Positions 29,317 through 39,187 of a stretch of DNA of 64,000 bases are shown piece by piece. Numbering within the stretch: position 1 is the first letter of the stretch; each line of letters opens with the position of its first letter. The translations under genes were made by a program, and so were the position numbers. Under the pieces are notes generated by a model, which saw only the letters and a list, made by a program, of their open reading frames with translations, did not search any database and was not told the origin of the DNA. Origin of the DNA: Polyangiaceae bacterium (GTDB taxonomy: Bacteria; Myxococcota_A; Polyangia; Polyangiales; Polyangiaceae); assembly GCA_044376115.1 (NCBI GenBank), contig JBILLK010000002.1:352001-416000 (forward strand), given 5' to 3'.

Positions 29317-30227
29317 CAGACGCGCGCCTCTTCGCTCCGTGACGCCGTCCCCCCCGAAACCGATGCGGCCAGCGATTTCAGCGCGCGGTCGCGATGCGTG
29401 CGTGCTTTCTCGGCTTCCAAGCTGAGCGTGGCAAAATCTGGAATCTCGTCGTCCCATTCGATCAAGGTCGAGACGCTGCCGCAACGCCGAATGGCGCGCT
29501 CGTACAGCGCCCAGACCTCGTCGATGACATGGCCGGAATGGGTATCGATGATGTACTTCTCGAAGCGACTGTGGCCGGCGAGGTGAATCTGCACCACGCG
29601 CTCCGCGGGAATACCGTCAACGAAGGCGTCGGGATCGAAGTTGTGGTTCTGCGACGAGACGTAGATGTTGTTCACGTCGAGCAAGAGGCCAATGTTCGCC
29701 TCTTCCGCAACCGCGCTCACGAACTCCCACTCGGTCATGCGGCTCTGGGTGTAGGTCAGGTAGGACGAGACGTTCTCGAGCACGAACGGCACCTCCAGAA
29801 AGTCCTGCACGATCTTGGCGCGCGCTGCGACGTAGCGGACGGCCTCCTCGGTGTAAGGGATGGGCAGCAAATCATGCAGCTCCGCTTCATCGGAGCCGGT
29901 CCAACACAGGTGATCGGAGATCCACGGGGTGTTGGTGTGACGGCTGAGCGCCTTCAGCTTCGTTAGGTAGTCGAAGTCGAGCGGCTTGCTGCTCCCGATC
30001 GACATGGAAACGCCGTGCTGCACGAGGCGATAGGAAGCCAGCGCGCGATCCAGGTTGGCCATCGGGCGGCCGCCGGGAACCATGAAGTTCTCGCTGATGA
30101 TCTCGAACCAGTCCATCGCCGGACGACTCTCGAACACGGCCTCGTAGTGAGGGATACGCAACCCGACTCCAACGCCGAGGTCGGGGAGGCCAAGCCGATG
30201 CTTTGGTGAGCCACTCATGAGATCCAT
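29316..30227 (-). CDS. DUF692 multinuclear non-heme iron oxidative enzyme (MNIO; BufB/HvfB-like)
   Basis: GVGLR..H, EIISENF, HGVS, SDHLCW, LENVS, LLDVNN, HLAGH, IDTH, IEWD. Confidence 0.95.
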   Translation of the reverse strand: MDLMSGSPKHRLGLPDLGVGVGLRIPHYEAVFESRPAMDWFEIISENFMVPGGRPMANLDRALASYRLVQHGVSMSIGSSKPLDFDYLTKLKALSRHTNTPWISDHLCWTGSDEAELHDLLPIPYTEEAVRYVAARAKIVQDFLEVPFVLENVSSYLTYTQSRMTEWEFVSAVAEEANIGLLLDVNNIYVSSQNHNFDPDAFVDGIPAERVVQIHLAGHSRFEKYIIDTHSGHVIDEVWALYERAIRRCGSVSTLIEWDDEIPDFATLSLEAEKARTHRDRALKSLAASVSGGTASRSEEARV

Positions 30228-30373
30228 CCTCGCCCTCTTGGGCCCAAACGACAACGAGGTCGACGCTGTCTCCAGCGAACGACCTCGTCACCGAGATGCA
30301 AGCGGCCGTTACCGTTGGTTACGTTCCGCTAGCTGTTCGTTGGGCGCGCGCTGCATGCACACGCCCAGCGAGC

Positions 30374-30661
30374 TCACTTACAGTCAGCAGCCTTGCAGCC
30401 GCCCTTGCCCTTGCACTCGTTCTTGCCGCCGCAGTCATTGGCGCCTTCAACTTTGCAGTTGCCCTTGCCCTTGCACTCGTTCTGGCCCTTGCAGCAAGCC
30501 TTGGCAGCTGCGTCGCCGGCGGCGGGAGCGGCCGAATCAGCGGGGGCAGCGGTGCCCTCGCCGCTCGGGTCCTTGGCAGCGTCGGTCTTGCTTCCGCAGC
30601 CGACAACACCAACCACGAGTCCACCAACAGCCGAGAATGCGAGCGTCTTTGCGAGTTCCAT
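30374..30661 (-). CDS. Cys-rich RiPP/metallophore precursor (bufferin BufA2-like) with lipobox
   Basis: RBS GGAGG; MELAKTLAFSAVGGLVVGVVGC..CCKGQNECKGKGNC..CGGKNECKGKGGC..CK; upstream of DUF692. Confidence 0.88.
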   Translation of the reverse strand: MELAKTLAFSAVGGLVVGVVGCGSKTDAAKDPSGEGTAAPADSAAPAAGDAAAKACCKGQNECKGKGNCKVEGANDCGGKNECKGKGGCKAADCK

Positions 30662-31077
30662 GTCAATCCTCCAAAAATTGCGACAGATGCCGCCGAGTTG
30701 ATCCCAATTCGGTGGCTCGCCGCACAATACGTTGAGCTGTCGAATTGGTTTTGGTGCAGCGGAAAGATCCGCCGTGCCGTGCCGACACCAGGCCTTTTAT
30801 GGTCCGAGAATCAGCGAGTTTTTGCCTCCCACGGCGCCCCCTTTTTGAAGCCACCGCGTGAAACGTTCCCACAAGCGTGAGAAGAGGCGGACCTATACGC
30901 GTCTCGTTGCCGCCCCGTCGAGTCCATAAGGAGGTCACCTTGAGATGACCTTTCGATACATCATCCTACTGGCCGCCGGAGCGGGGAAAGAAAGTCGTGT
31001 AATTAGGACGCTTCAAAGCCTGTTCACGGCTCGCGACAGCCTCACGGAGCTTGCTTGACTTCGACACCTCCGATCAC

Positions 31078-31111
31078 TACTGAATCTTCAGAACAATCTG
31101 AAACTTCAGTA
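31078..31111. promoter_or_regulatory. Nested palindromic operator upstream of the GbsR-family gene
   Basis: TACTGAA-tc-TTCAGA-acaa-TCTGAA-ac-TTCAGTA; TTGACT (-35-like) at 31055-31060. Confidence 0.75.
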
Positions 31112-31124
31112 CGGTCGGAGAAGT

Positions 31125-31670
31125 ATGACTGAATCACTCGAAGCAGCAGAGCGGCTAGCCGCTGACGCCATCGGCGACGTCATTGAGCATTGGGGGTTTC
31201 GGAAAGCCCTTGGTCGCACCTGGACCTTGCTGTTCCTGAGGCAGGAGCCGCAACCGGCGAGTGAAATCTCGGATCGTCTGGCAATGAGCGCTGGCGCCGT
31301 AAGCGGGACGTTGAACGAACTACAGCGTTGGGGTGTCGTTCGCCGGGTTTGGAAGCCGGGTGAGCGGAAGGAGTTCTACGAGGCGGAGACTGATTTCTGG
31401 AAGATGATTTCACGGGTCGTAAGCGAGCGTGAGCGCTTCCTGGCCGAATCAGTGGAGGAGCGCTTGGCGGAGGCTACAGAGCTGGCCCGCCAAACACCGG
31501 CTTCGCCACAACAAGACCACTTCATCGAGCGCGTGACTCGTCTCTCACAGTTCGCGCAGGTCGCAAAGAGCGTGATGGACAGTTTCATTCGATCGCAACG
31601 GGCTGATTTCCAACTGTTTGGAAACGTACTTTCTATGGGACGGGCGCGGGGCGCCGGGAGGGATGCATGA
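31125..31670 (+). CDS. GbsR/MarR family transcriptional regulator
   Basis: WGF...GR.W.LL, EI..L.MS.GAVS..L.EL..WG.V, PGERKEFYEAETD. Confidence 0.9.
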   Translation: MTESLEAAERLAADAIGDVIEHWGFRKALGRTWTLLFLRQEPQPASEISDRLAMSAGAVSGTLNELQRWGVVRRVWKPGERKEFYEAETDFWKMISRVVSERERFLAESVEERLAEATELARQTPASPQQDHFIERVTRLSQFAQVAKSVMDSFIRSQRADFQLFGNVLSMGRARGAGRDA

Positions 31671-32740
31671 AAGGTGATGCTGCACTGCGAGTGGAGCCTC
31701 TCGCACGGCGAGGCGTGGTGATGACGACCCTTTCGGAAGTAACGCGCGAGCGCGGAACCGCGCCGATGACCCAGAAGTTGTCGGACATTCGCGCCCTCCT
31801 CGAGGACGACCTCTCGGGCATCGACGAAGAGCTGCGTGCGATCGAATACAAGCGCACGCCGCTGCACGAGAGCGCCAAGCATCTGGTTGCCTCCGGCGGC
31901 AAGCGCATCCGTCCGATGTGTGTGGCGTTGGCGTCGCGCATCGGCACCGGCTTCGACCGCAAAGCGCGCGAGCTGGCCGTCGCGGCGGAGCTCGTTCACA
32001 GCGCCACCTTGCTCCATGACGACGTCGTCGACCTCGGGGACAAGCGCCGAGGGCTGCCGACCTCTAGGGTGATCTACGGCAACGCAGCGAGCATCTTCGC
32101 GGGCGACTGGCTGCTGGTCGAGGCTCTGTTGCGCGTGCGGCGGACCGAGCTCGGTGACGTACTCGACGGAGCTCTCGGCGTGCTTACTGAGATGCTCGAG
32201 GCCGAGTCGTTGCAGCTCGCCCGGCGAGGCAAGGTCGACGTGGTGATGGACGACTATATGAAGGTCGTCCGCGGGAAGACGGCCTCGCTCTTTCGTTGGG
32301 CGCTGTTCGCCGGTGCGCGGGCGGGTGGCCTTGCGCCGGAGGCCTGTGAATCGCTCGCGAGCTACGGCTCGGCGTTGGGCGTCGCCTTCCAGGTGATCGA
32401 CGACGTGCTCGACGTCGATGGGGACAGCGAGTCACTGGGCAAAGAGGTGTTGCAAGACCTACGCGAAGGCAAGATGACGTACCCGCTGTTGGTCGCGCTA
32501 CTGGAAGATCCGGAGCTCGCCGACCGTCTGCGCGGCCGCATCGACGGTGACACGCTCGACGCCGAAACGCGGGCTTACGCCTGCACGGCCATCAAACGCT
32601 GGGGCGGCTCCGAGCAAGCCAAGAGCTTGGCGGTAACGCTGGTGGACGAAGCGATCGGCCACCTGGAGAAGCTCCCTGACTCGCCTGAACGCCAAGCGCT
32701 CGCCTCGGTTGCGCGCGCAGTGATCTCGAGGAGGAACTAA
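31667..32740 (+). CDS. Polyprenyl diphosphate synthase
   Basis: GGKRIRP, LLHDDVVD..RRG, KTA, FQVIDDVLD; start could alternatively be 31721. Confidence 0.93.
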   Translation: MKGDAALRVEPLARRGVVMTTLSEVTRERGTAPMTQKLSDIRALLEDDLSGIDEELRAIEYKRTPLHESAKHLVASGGKRIRPMCVALASRIGTGFDRKARELAVAAELVHSATLLHDDVVDLGDKRRGLPTSRVIYGNAASIFAGDWLLVEALLRVRRTELGDVLDGALGVLTEMLEAESLQLARRGKVDVVMDDYMKVVRGKTASLFRWALFAGARAGGLAPEACESLASYGSALGVAFQVIDDVLDVDGDSESLGKEVLQDLREGKMTYPLLVALLEDPELADRLRGRIDGDTLDAETRAYACTAIKRWGGSEQAKSLAVTLVDEAIGHLEKLPDSPERQALASVARAVISRRN

Positions 32741-33720
32741 TGATTATCACCGTCAGTCGTGCGGCCGATCTCGGGCAGGTGCGCAAAGCCCTGGCCGGCA
32801 TCGGCTTGTGGGTGAGCCCACCGGAGCGCCGCGAGGATGGAGAGGCGCTGTTGGTCGTCCAATCCTCTTCCACCCAAGTCGACGTCGAGCAGATTCGCGC
32901 CGTTCAAGGCGTGGTCAGCATCAGTCGTCCCGACAGCACCCATCCGCGCGTGGACGCGCAAGGCCCCGTGGCGCAAATAGGCAAGAACAGCATCGGACGT
33001 GAAGCACCGGTGCTGATCGCAGGCCCCTGCTCGGTGGAGTCACGCGAGCAAATCCTGCGCATCGCCACCACCTTGCGCGAGCGTGGCGTCCTCTACTTGC
33101 GCGGTGGCGCGTTCAAGCCGCGCTCGAGCCCGTACGCCTTCCAAGGCAAAGGCTCGGAGGCGCTCGGCTGGCTCAGGGACGCGGCCGACGCTTGTGGTCA
33201 GGCCGTGATCACCGAGGTGCTGAGCGAGCATGACGTCGCTGCGGTCGCTGAGCACGCCGACGTGCTGCAGATCGGTTCGCGCAACATGCACAACTACGCG
33301 CTGCTCAAGTCGGTGGGCAAGACCGCCCGGCCGGTGCTGCTCAAACGCAGCATGTCGGCGACGGTGGAAGAGTGGCTGCTCGCCGGCGAGTACTTGCTCT
33401 CGAGCGGCGCAGGCTCGGTCATGTTCTGCGAACGTGGCGTGCGCACCTTCGACGAATCGACGCGCAACCTCTTGGATCTCGGCGCTGTCGCGCTGCTATC
33501 CCACGTCCACAAATTGCCGGTGATCGTTGATCCGTCGCACGCGACCGGGCGCCGCGATCTGATCGTGCCGTTGGCGCGTGCCGCGCTCGCGGCGGGTGCT
33601 GCTGGCGTGATGATTGAGGTCCACGACAAACCCGAGCAGGCGGAGAGTGACGCGCCGCAAGCGCTGCACCCCGATGCTCTCGGCCCTGTATTGCTAGCTC
33701 TTCGCGGAGGTGATGCGTGA
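32740..33720 (+). CDS. aroF: DAHP synthase (class I-beta)
   Basis: IAGPCSVE, RGGAFKPRSSPYAFQG, QIGSRNM, CERG, DPSH. Confidence 0.93.
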   Translation: MIITVSRAADLGQVRKALAGIGLWVSPPERREDGEALLVVQSSSTQVDVEQIRAVQGVVSISRPDSTHPRVDAQGPVAQIGKNSIGREAPVLIAGPCSVESREQILRIATTLRERGVLYLRGGAFKPRSSPYAFQGKGSEALGWLRDAADACGQAVITEVLSEHDVAAVAEHADVLQIGSRNMHNYALLKSVGKTARPVLLKRSMSATVEEWLLAGEYLLSSGAGSVMFCERGVRTFDESTRNLLDLGAVALLSHVHKLPVIVDPSHATGRRDLIVPLARAALAAGAAGVMIEVHDKPEQAESDAPQALHPDALGPVLLALRGGDA

Positions 33721-34448
33721 ACTCGACCGAAAACCAAGAGGCCCGCCAAGGCAGCGGGGAAATGTTCGATCAGATCGCTGAGCGATACGATCTGCTCAAT
33801 CGCCTGATGTCGCTCGGGATCGACCGCGGTTGGCGCGAGCGGACGGTGGGCAAGATGCAAGAGGTCGCAACCAGCGGCAGCCCGCGCTTGCTCGACGTGG
33901 CGACCGGCACCGGCGATCTCGCGCTGGCGATGGCGAAGGCGTACCCGCTCGCAACCGTGGTCGGCCTCGATCCGTCGAAGGGCATGCTCTCGGTGGCCGA
34001 GCAGAAGCGACAGAAGGCCTCGGGAGATGAGCGCGTCAGCTTCCAGGTCGGTTCGGCCGAGGCATTGCCGTTCGAGGATGGGAGCTTCGATGGAGTTTCG
34101 ATCTCGTTCGGGATTCGCAACGTCCCTGACCGTCCGCTCGGCTTGCGTGAGATGGCCCGCGTGCTTCGCCCTGGGGGTCGCCTGCTCATCCTCGAGCTAT
34201 CGGAGCCGCGCGGCGGCTTCTTCGGCGGGATGGCCAAACTGCACGTGCATCACTTCGTTCCGTTCGTCGGTGCGCTGCTCAGCGGGAAGAAGGAGTACCG
34301 CTACTTGCAGAAGTCGATCGCTGCGTTTCCACCGGCTGAAGAGTTCGCAGGAACGATCGCCGCGCAAGGCTTCGACATGCTCGAGTTGATTCCGCTCACC
34401 TTCGGCACGGCGCACCTGTACGTCGCGGAGCGTCGCGCAGGGTCGTGA
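33717..34448 (+). CDS. menG: Demethylmenaquinone methyltransferase
   Basis: MFDQIA.RYDLLN..MSLG, LDVATGTGD, FGIRNV. Confidence 0.93.
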   Translation: MNSTENQEARQGSGEMFDQIAERYDLLNRLMSLGIDRGWRERTVGKMQEVATSGSPRLLDVATGTGDLALAMAKAYPLATVVGLDPSKGMLSVAEQKRQKASGDERVSFQVGSAEALPFEDGSFDGVSISFGIRNVPDRPLGLREMARVLRPGGRLLILELSEPRGGFFGGMAKLHVHHFVPFVGALLSGKKEYRYLQKSIAAFPPAEEFAGTIAAQGFDMLELIPLTFGTAHLYVAERRAGS

Positions 34449-35737
34449 GCTCGAGGGGCGTGCTCCACTCCGTCACGGACTTCGTGATGGATCTCGAGCT
34501 GGAGGGAGTCGTCGCAGCGCTCGACGATCTCCCTAGAGAGGCGCGCGAGTTCGTGTTTGTTTGGGACTCGCGCGAAGCAGCGGTGGAGCGCCGCGAGTTT
34601 GTGATCGCGCTTGGCCTCGCAGAGTCGGTCGAGATCCCGGCCGAGTCGGATGGTGAAGCGCTGGCCTCGCTGTTTGCACGCTGGAGCGATCCGTCCGGGA
34701 GTCTGCGAGCGCTGGCCGCGCTGCCGTTCGACGAACGTTTGCGGCCGTCGGCGGACTGGCCGGATGATCGTGCGCGGCTGGTGATTCCGCAGGTGCTGCT
34801 CACCGCGACCGCGGGAGGCGTGCGCGTGCTCCAGGTGGAGGGCTCGGTCGCGGCGACCCGCATCGTCGCCTGGCTCGAATCGCGCCGTTTGCAACAGCGC
34901 AGCGCGCCGGTCGAGTCGAGCGCACGCGTCGTCGACTCGGGCGTGGAGGCGTTCAGCGATCGGGTTCGGGCGGCCTTAGCGAGGATCGAGAGCGGCGACC
35001 TCGAGAAGGTCGTCGTAAGTCGCACGGTGGAGCTCCGCGGGAGCTTCAAGCTCGCCGCTGCGCTCGGTCGGCTCGCCGGCCTGCCGCGAACCGTGCGCTT
35101 CGCGTGGTCTCGCGATGGCCGCTGGCTGATCGGCGCAACGCCGGAGACGCTGCTCGAGAAGTCGGGCTCGTTGCTTCGGACCGAGGCGGTGGCAGGGTCG
35201 CTGCCACGAGGCGCCGATGACGAAGGGGAGGCGCGCGCACTTTTGGCCAGCCCCAAAGATCGGCGAGAACATGCCTTCGTCGTCGACGCCATTCGCGCCG
35301 CCTTGGAAGAACGAGGCGTGCACGTTGAAGCGAAGCCTTGCTCGGTGCGCACGCTGGCCCACGTTCATCACCTGGTGACGCCCATGCTCGGTCGCGTCAC
35401 GGGTGAGCATTGCACGGCCGTCTCCCTCGCAGAGGCGCTGCACCCGACGCCGGCAATGAACGGGGTTCCACGCACTGCGGCGCTCGACTTTCTGCGCGAA
35501 CGTGAACCCCACCGCGGTTTCTATGCGGCACCGATCGGTCTCGTGGATCGCCGCGGCGATGGGATCTTTGCCGTGGCCATTCGCTCAGCGCTGCTGAGCG
35601 GCGAGCGAGCGCAGCTCTTCGCTGGCGTCGGCGTGGTCGCTGGTTCGTCGGTGAACGCCGAGGTCGCCGAGACCGAGGCGAAGCTCGCTTCGATGATTGC
35701 GGCTTTGGGCGTAACGGCCGAGGAGCGCGCTGTATGA
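34445..35737 (+). CDS. menF: Isochorismate synthase
   Basis: KVVVSR, GATPE, AVAGS, KDRREH, LHPTPA, VAIRS. Confidence 0.9.
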   Translation: MSSRGVLHSVTDFVMDLELEGVVAALDDLPREAREFVFVWDSREAAVERREFVIALGLAESVEIPAESDGEALASLFARWSDPSGSLRALAALPFDERLRPSADWPDDRARLVIPQVLLTATAGGVRVLQVEGSVAATRIVAWLESRRLQQRSAPVESSARVVDSGVEAFSDRVRAALARIESGDLEKVVVSRTVELRGSFKLAAALGRLAGLPRTVRFAWSRDGRWLIGATPETLLEKSGSLLRTEAVAGSLPRGADDEGEARALLASPKDRREHAFVVDAIRAALEERGVHVEAKPCSVRTLAHVHHLVTPMLGRVTGEHCTAVSLAEALHPTPAMNGVPRTAALDFLREREPHRGFYAAPIGLVDRRGDGIFAVAIRSALLSGERAQLFAGVGVVAGSSVNAEVAETEAKLASMIAALGVTAEERAV

Positions 35738-37491
35738 GCGAGGTGCTCGCCTATCGCTGGAGTACGACGCTCGTGCGCAGCTTGCTCGAGCTCGGCGTGC
35801 AGCATTTCGTGGTTAGCCCTGGCTCGCGCTCGACACCGCTCACCGTGGCGGCGTGGAGCTGCGCCCAGCCGCACGTGCACATGGTGGTGGACGAGCGCGC
35901 TGCGGCGTTCTTTGCGCTGGGCATCGCCCGCATCAGCGGCAAGCCGGTGGTGCTGATCTGCACCAGCGGTTCCGCCCTTGCGCATTACTTCCCAGCGGTG
36001 CTCGAGGCCGAGCTAGCTCACATCCCGCTGATCGTTCTCTCTGCGGATCGCCCGCTCGAATTGGTGGGCTCGGGAGCTTCGCAGACCCTCGACCAGATCA
36101 AGCTCTTTGGCGGTCACGTTCGGCTTTCGAGCGAGCTCGGTTGTCCCGACGAAGCGGCGCTCGACGCTCTGCCTTCGTTGCTAGCACGAGCGGTGTTGGC
36201 GGCGACCTCCACACCCGCCGGGCCGGTTCACCTCAACGCACGCTTCCGCAAGCCGCTCGAGCCCTCCGCCGACTACTTTCTGCCCGCGGAGCGCGACGAG
36301 CTTCTGGCGGCCGCTTTCAGCCCACGCAAGGCTCCCACGCTGTCTCGTTCACAACGCAGCCCCGATGCCCGAGCGCTCGCGAGCCTCCGCGACGCAGCAA
36401 CGGAGCATGGCGGCGCGACCGTCGTCGTTGGCGCGCTGCCCTACGGTGCACACGATCGCTCGGGCACGATCGCGAGCCTGCGCGCCGCGGTCGACGCCGT
36501 GACCGCGCGTGGACACGTCGTACTTTGCGAACCGGCGAGCGGGCTTGCGCTCGCGCCCGAGCGAGGCATTCACGCGACCGCCCACGCCCTCGCGAGCAGG
36601 GAGTACCGCAATCGGCCGGCTGGCCTCTTGATCGAGCTCGGCTTGCCGCCAGTGGATCCAGCCTATGAAGCGTTCTCTGCGAAGGCCGCCTGCCGCGTCG
36701 TCGTGGGGCCGCACGGAATCAATGACCCGAAAGGCACGGCGCAGCTTGCGATCGAGAGCGATCTCGAGCCCTTTTTGCGCGCGCTTGCCGAGCTACCGGC
36801 CGGCGACTCACAGCGGCTTTCGCCAGGGCCGGTCAGTCGCTTGGCGAACGAACGAGCTCGCGCGATACGCGAGCAGCGCGCGGAGGGCGGCCTTTCGGAG
36901 CCGTTCGTTTCGATCGAGCTCGCGTCGCTCTTCGAGGGGGGCCAGTTGTTCCTCGGGAACAGCCTGCCGATCCGAGACTTCGCACTTTTCGCTCACAGCC
37001 TTTGTTCGCCCCACGTGGGCGTGGTTCATCAGCGCGGCCACGCCGGTATCGACGGCTACTTTGCTGGTGCAGCGGGGGTGCGCGCAGCAGCCGCTCAGCA
37101 GGAGCCGGTCGTGGCGTTGTTCGGCGACGTCACGGCGGCCCATGACCTCGGTTCGCTTGCGCTGCTCACCCAGCTCGGCCCGTTGGAGGCGCCGCTGATC
37201 GTGATCGTGATCAACAACGCGGGCGGACGCATCTTCGAGCGTCTTCCGATCGCTAAGTCAGGCTTGCCACGACTGGCGTTTGAAACGCTCTTTCTCACCG
37301 CGCCCGCGCTCTCGGTCGCTGCAGTAGCGGCAGCTATGGGCATCGTTAGTACGCGCTGTGACAACAAGAGCGACTTCCGTGCTGCGCTTACGTCGGCTCT
37401 TGCCGCGCCGCGGGTCACGGTGATCGAGGCGGTCGTAGATCAGGCTGCCGACAGCGCGGATCGCGCTTGGTTCGCCGAGGTGCTGGGTTGA
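35734..37491 (+). CDS. menD: SEPHCHC synthase
   Basis: SPGSRSTPL, DERAAAF, CTSGSA, ADRP, GNSLPIR, GD..NNAGGRIF. Confidence 0.95.
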   Translation: MSEVLAYRWSTTLVRSLLELGVQHFVVSPGSRSTPLTVAAWSCAQPHVHMVVDERAAAFFALGIARISGKPVVLICTSGSALAHYFPAVLEAELAHIPLIVLSADRPLELVGSGASQTLDQIKLFGGHVRLSSELGCPDEAALDALPSLLARAVLAATSTPAGPVHLNARFRKPLEPSADYFLPAERDELLAAAFSPRKAPTLSRSQRSPDARALASLRDAATEHGGATVVVGALPYGAHDRSGTIASLRAAVDAVTARGHVVLCEPASGLALAPERGIHATAHALASREYRNRPAGLLIELGLPPVDPAYEAFSAKAACRVVVGPHGINDPKGTAQLAIESDLEPFLRALAELPAGDSQRLSPGPVSRLANERARAIREQRAEGGLSEPFVSIELASLFEGGQLFLGNSLPIRDFALFAHSLCSPHVGVVHQRGHAGIDGYFAGAAGVRAAAAQQEPVVALFGDVTAAHDLGSLALLTQLGPLEAPLIVIVINNAGGRIFERLPIAKSGLPRLAFETLFLTAPALSVAAVAAAMGIVSTRCDNKSDFRAALTSALAAPRVTVIEAVVDQAADSADRAWFAEVLG

Positions 37492-38255
37492 CGCCGGGAG
37501 TAACTTTGTTGCATGGGCTCGGAGGCTCGCCACTGATGCTGCGACCGACCGCGCGTTTGCTCGGCGAGAGCTTGGACGTCCCCATTCGTTGTTCGCTGCT
37601 GCCCGGCCACGGCCCATCCCCCTGGGGGCTCGAGCTGGGCTCGTATTCGGAGGTGGTGGACGCGTTGGCGCAGCGGCTCTTCCCCGATGGCGATGCGTCC
37701 GGCCAGCTGCTGGCGGGCTACTCGCTGGGAGGGCGGCTGGCGTTGGGGGTCGCCCTGCGAGTGCGCGGCCTGCGCGGCGTCGTCGCATTTGGCGCACATC
37801 TCGGCCTCACGGCCGAGAGCGAACGGAGCGAACGGCAGCGCTGGGACGACCAAATGGCCGCACAAGTCCGGCGCGACGGGGTCGAACGCTTCTTCTCCCA
37901 GTGGGCCGAGCTGCCGTTGTTTGCGTCGCAGCGCAGCTTGCCGGCAGACGTTCTTGCGGAGCAAACGGCGATTCGCAACGGCCACAGCGCAGCCGGCATC
38001 AGCTGGGCGTTCTCAGCGCTCGGGACGGGGCGGATGCCCAACCTGCTACCCGAATTGCTCGCCAGCTCGCTCAACATCACGCTGGTCGCAGGCAGCCTCG
38101 ACGCGAAATTTTGTGAGCTCTACCAACCGCTCGTAGGCAGCTCGCTGCGTGTGATCCGCCTCGAAGGCGCGGGGCATAACGCCTTTCTCGAGGACCCTGT
38201 CGGATCCGCCGTAGCGATCCAAGCAATCTGGAGCCACTCGACCAACGGAGCATGA
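37488..38255 (+). CDS. menH: SHCHC synthase (alpha/beta hydrolase)
   Basis: LLHG, LPGHG, GYSLGGR, DAKF, AGHN; TTG overlaps the menD stop. Confidence 0.88.
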   Translation: MTPGVTLLHGLGGSPLMLRPTARLLGESLDVPIRCSLLPGHGPSPWGLELGSYSEVVDALAQRLFPDGDASGQLLAGYSLGGRLALGVALRVRGLRGVVAFGAHLGLTAESERSERQRWDDQMAAQVRRDGVERFFSQWAELPLFASQRSLPADVLAEQTAIRNGHSAAGISWAFSALGTGRMPNLLPELLASSLNITLVAGSLDAKFCELYQPLVGSSLRVIRLEGAGHNAFLEDPVGSAVAIQAIWSHSTNGA

Positions 38256-39187
38256 TGGATACGCCGCAAGGAACAAAACCGGAGCTATCAATCCGCAAAG
38301 GCTCGTTGGGTGCGTGGCTGCTCGCTTCGCGCCCCAAGACGCTGCCAGTTGCTTTCGCGCCCGTGGCAGTGGGAGCTAGCGTGGCCTACTTCGTTCGCGG
38401 CCAGCTCGATTGGGGAGCGCTGCTCGCCGCGCTGATCGGCGCGCTGTTCATTCAGATCGGCACCAACTTCGCCAACGATCTGTTCGACGCGAAGTCGGGC
38501 GCCGACGATGAGAATCGCATCGGTCCACCGCGCGCGGTGCAGAGCGGGCTGCTCACCGCACAGGCGATGGTGCGCGGGACGATCGTAGCGTTCGCTGTAG
38601 CCGTCTTGGCCGGCAGCTACCTGGTCTGGCACAGCGGCTGGCCGATCGTGGCGATCGGCGTGCTGAGCGTCGCGAGCGGGGTGGCCTACACCGGCGGGCC
38701 CTATCCGCTGGGCTACAACGGCCTCGGCGACGTTTTTGTTTTCGTGTTCTTCGGCCTCGTCGCAGTGCTCGGCACGACCTTCGTCGCGGCGGGCTTGCTA
38801 CCACCGGGCGGAATTTTCGCCGGCGCTGTCGCTGGGGCACTGGCCACGGCGGTGCTCGTCGTCAACAACGTGCGCGACGCCGAGGGCGATCGAAAGGTCG
38901 GTAAACGCACGCTCGTGGCGCGCTTCGGTCGGCGCTTCGGCGAGATCGAGTACGGCCTGCTGCTGCTGGTCGCGGCGGGCTGCATCGTAGCCACGCCGCT
39001 CTTGGGCTACGGCCCGTGGCACGTACTGATCGCGCTGCTGCCGCTGCCCCTCGGCCTCTCCAACTGGCGCACCTTGATTCGCTCGCGCGACGGTCAGATC
39101 CTCAACGACTGTCTGGCGAGCACGGCCAAGCTGATGCTGTTCGTCAGTCTTTTGATGTCGGCTGGTTTCGCGTTGGGCCGCGCGTGA
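38252..39187 (+). CDS. menA: DHNA polyprenyltransferase
   Basis: RPKTL, NFANDLFD..GAD, YTGGPYP, NNVRD..D..GKRTL. Confidence 0.95.
   Translation: MMDTPQGTKPELSIRKGSLGAWLLASRPKTLPVAFAPVAVGASVAYFVRGQLDWGALLAALIGALFIQIGTNFANDLFDAKSGADDENRIGPPRAVQSGLLTAQAMVRGTIVAFAVAVLAGSYLVWHSGWPIVAIGVLSVASGVAYTGGPYPLGYNGLGDVFVFVFFGLVAVLGTTFVAAGLLPPGGIFAGAVAGALATAVLVVNNVRDAEGDRKVGKRTLVARFGRRFGEIEYGLLLLVAAGCIVATPLLGYGPWHVLIALLPLPLGLSNWRTLIRSRDGQILNDCLASTAKLMLFVSLLMSAGFALGRA

Noticed and set aside
30932..30951. Palindrome AGGTCA-N8-TGACCT between the RiPP cluster and the men operon
   Set aside because: Single short instance; may be a regulator site but has no other support.
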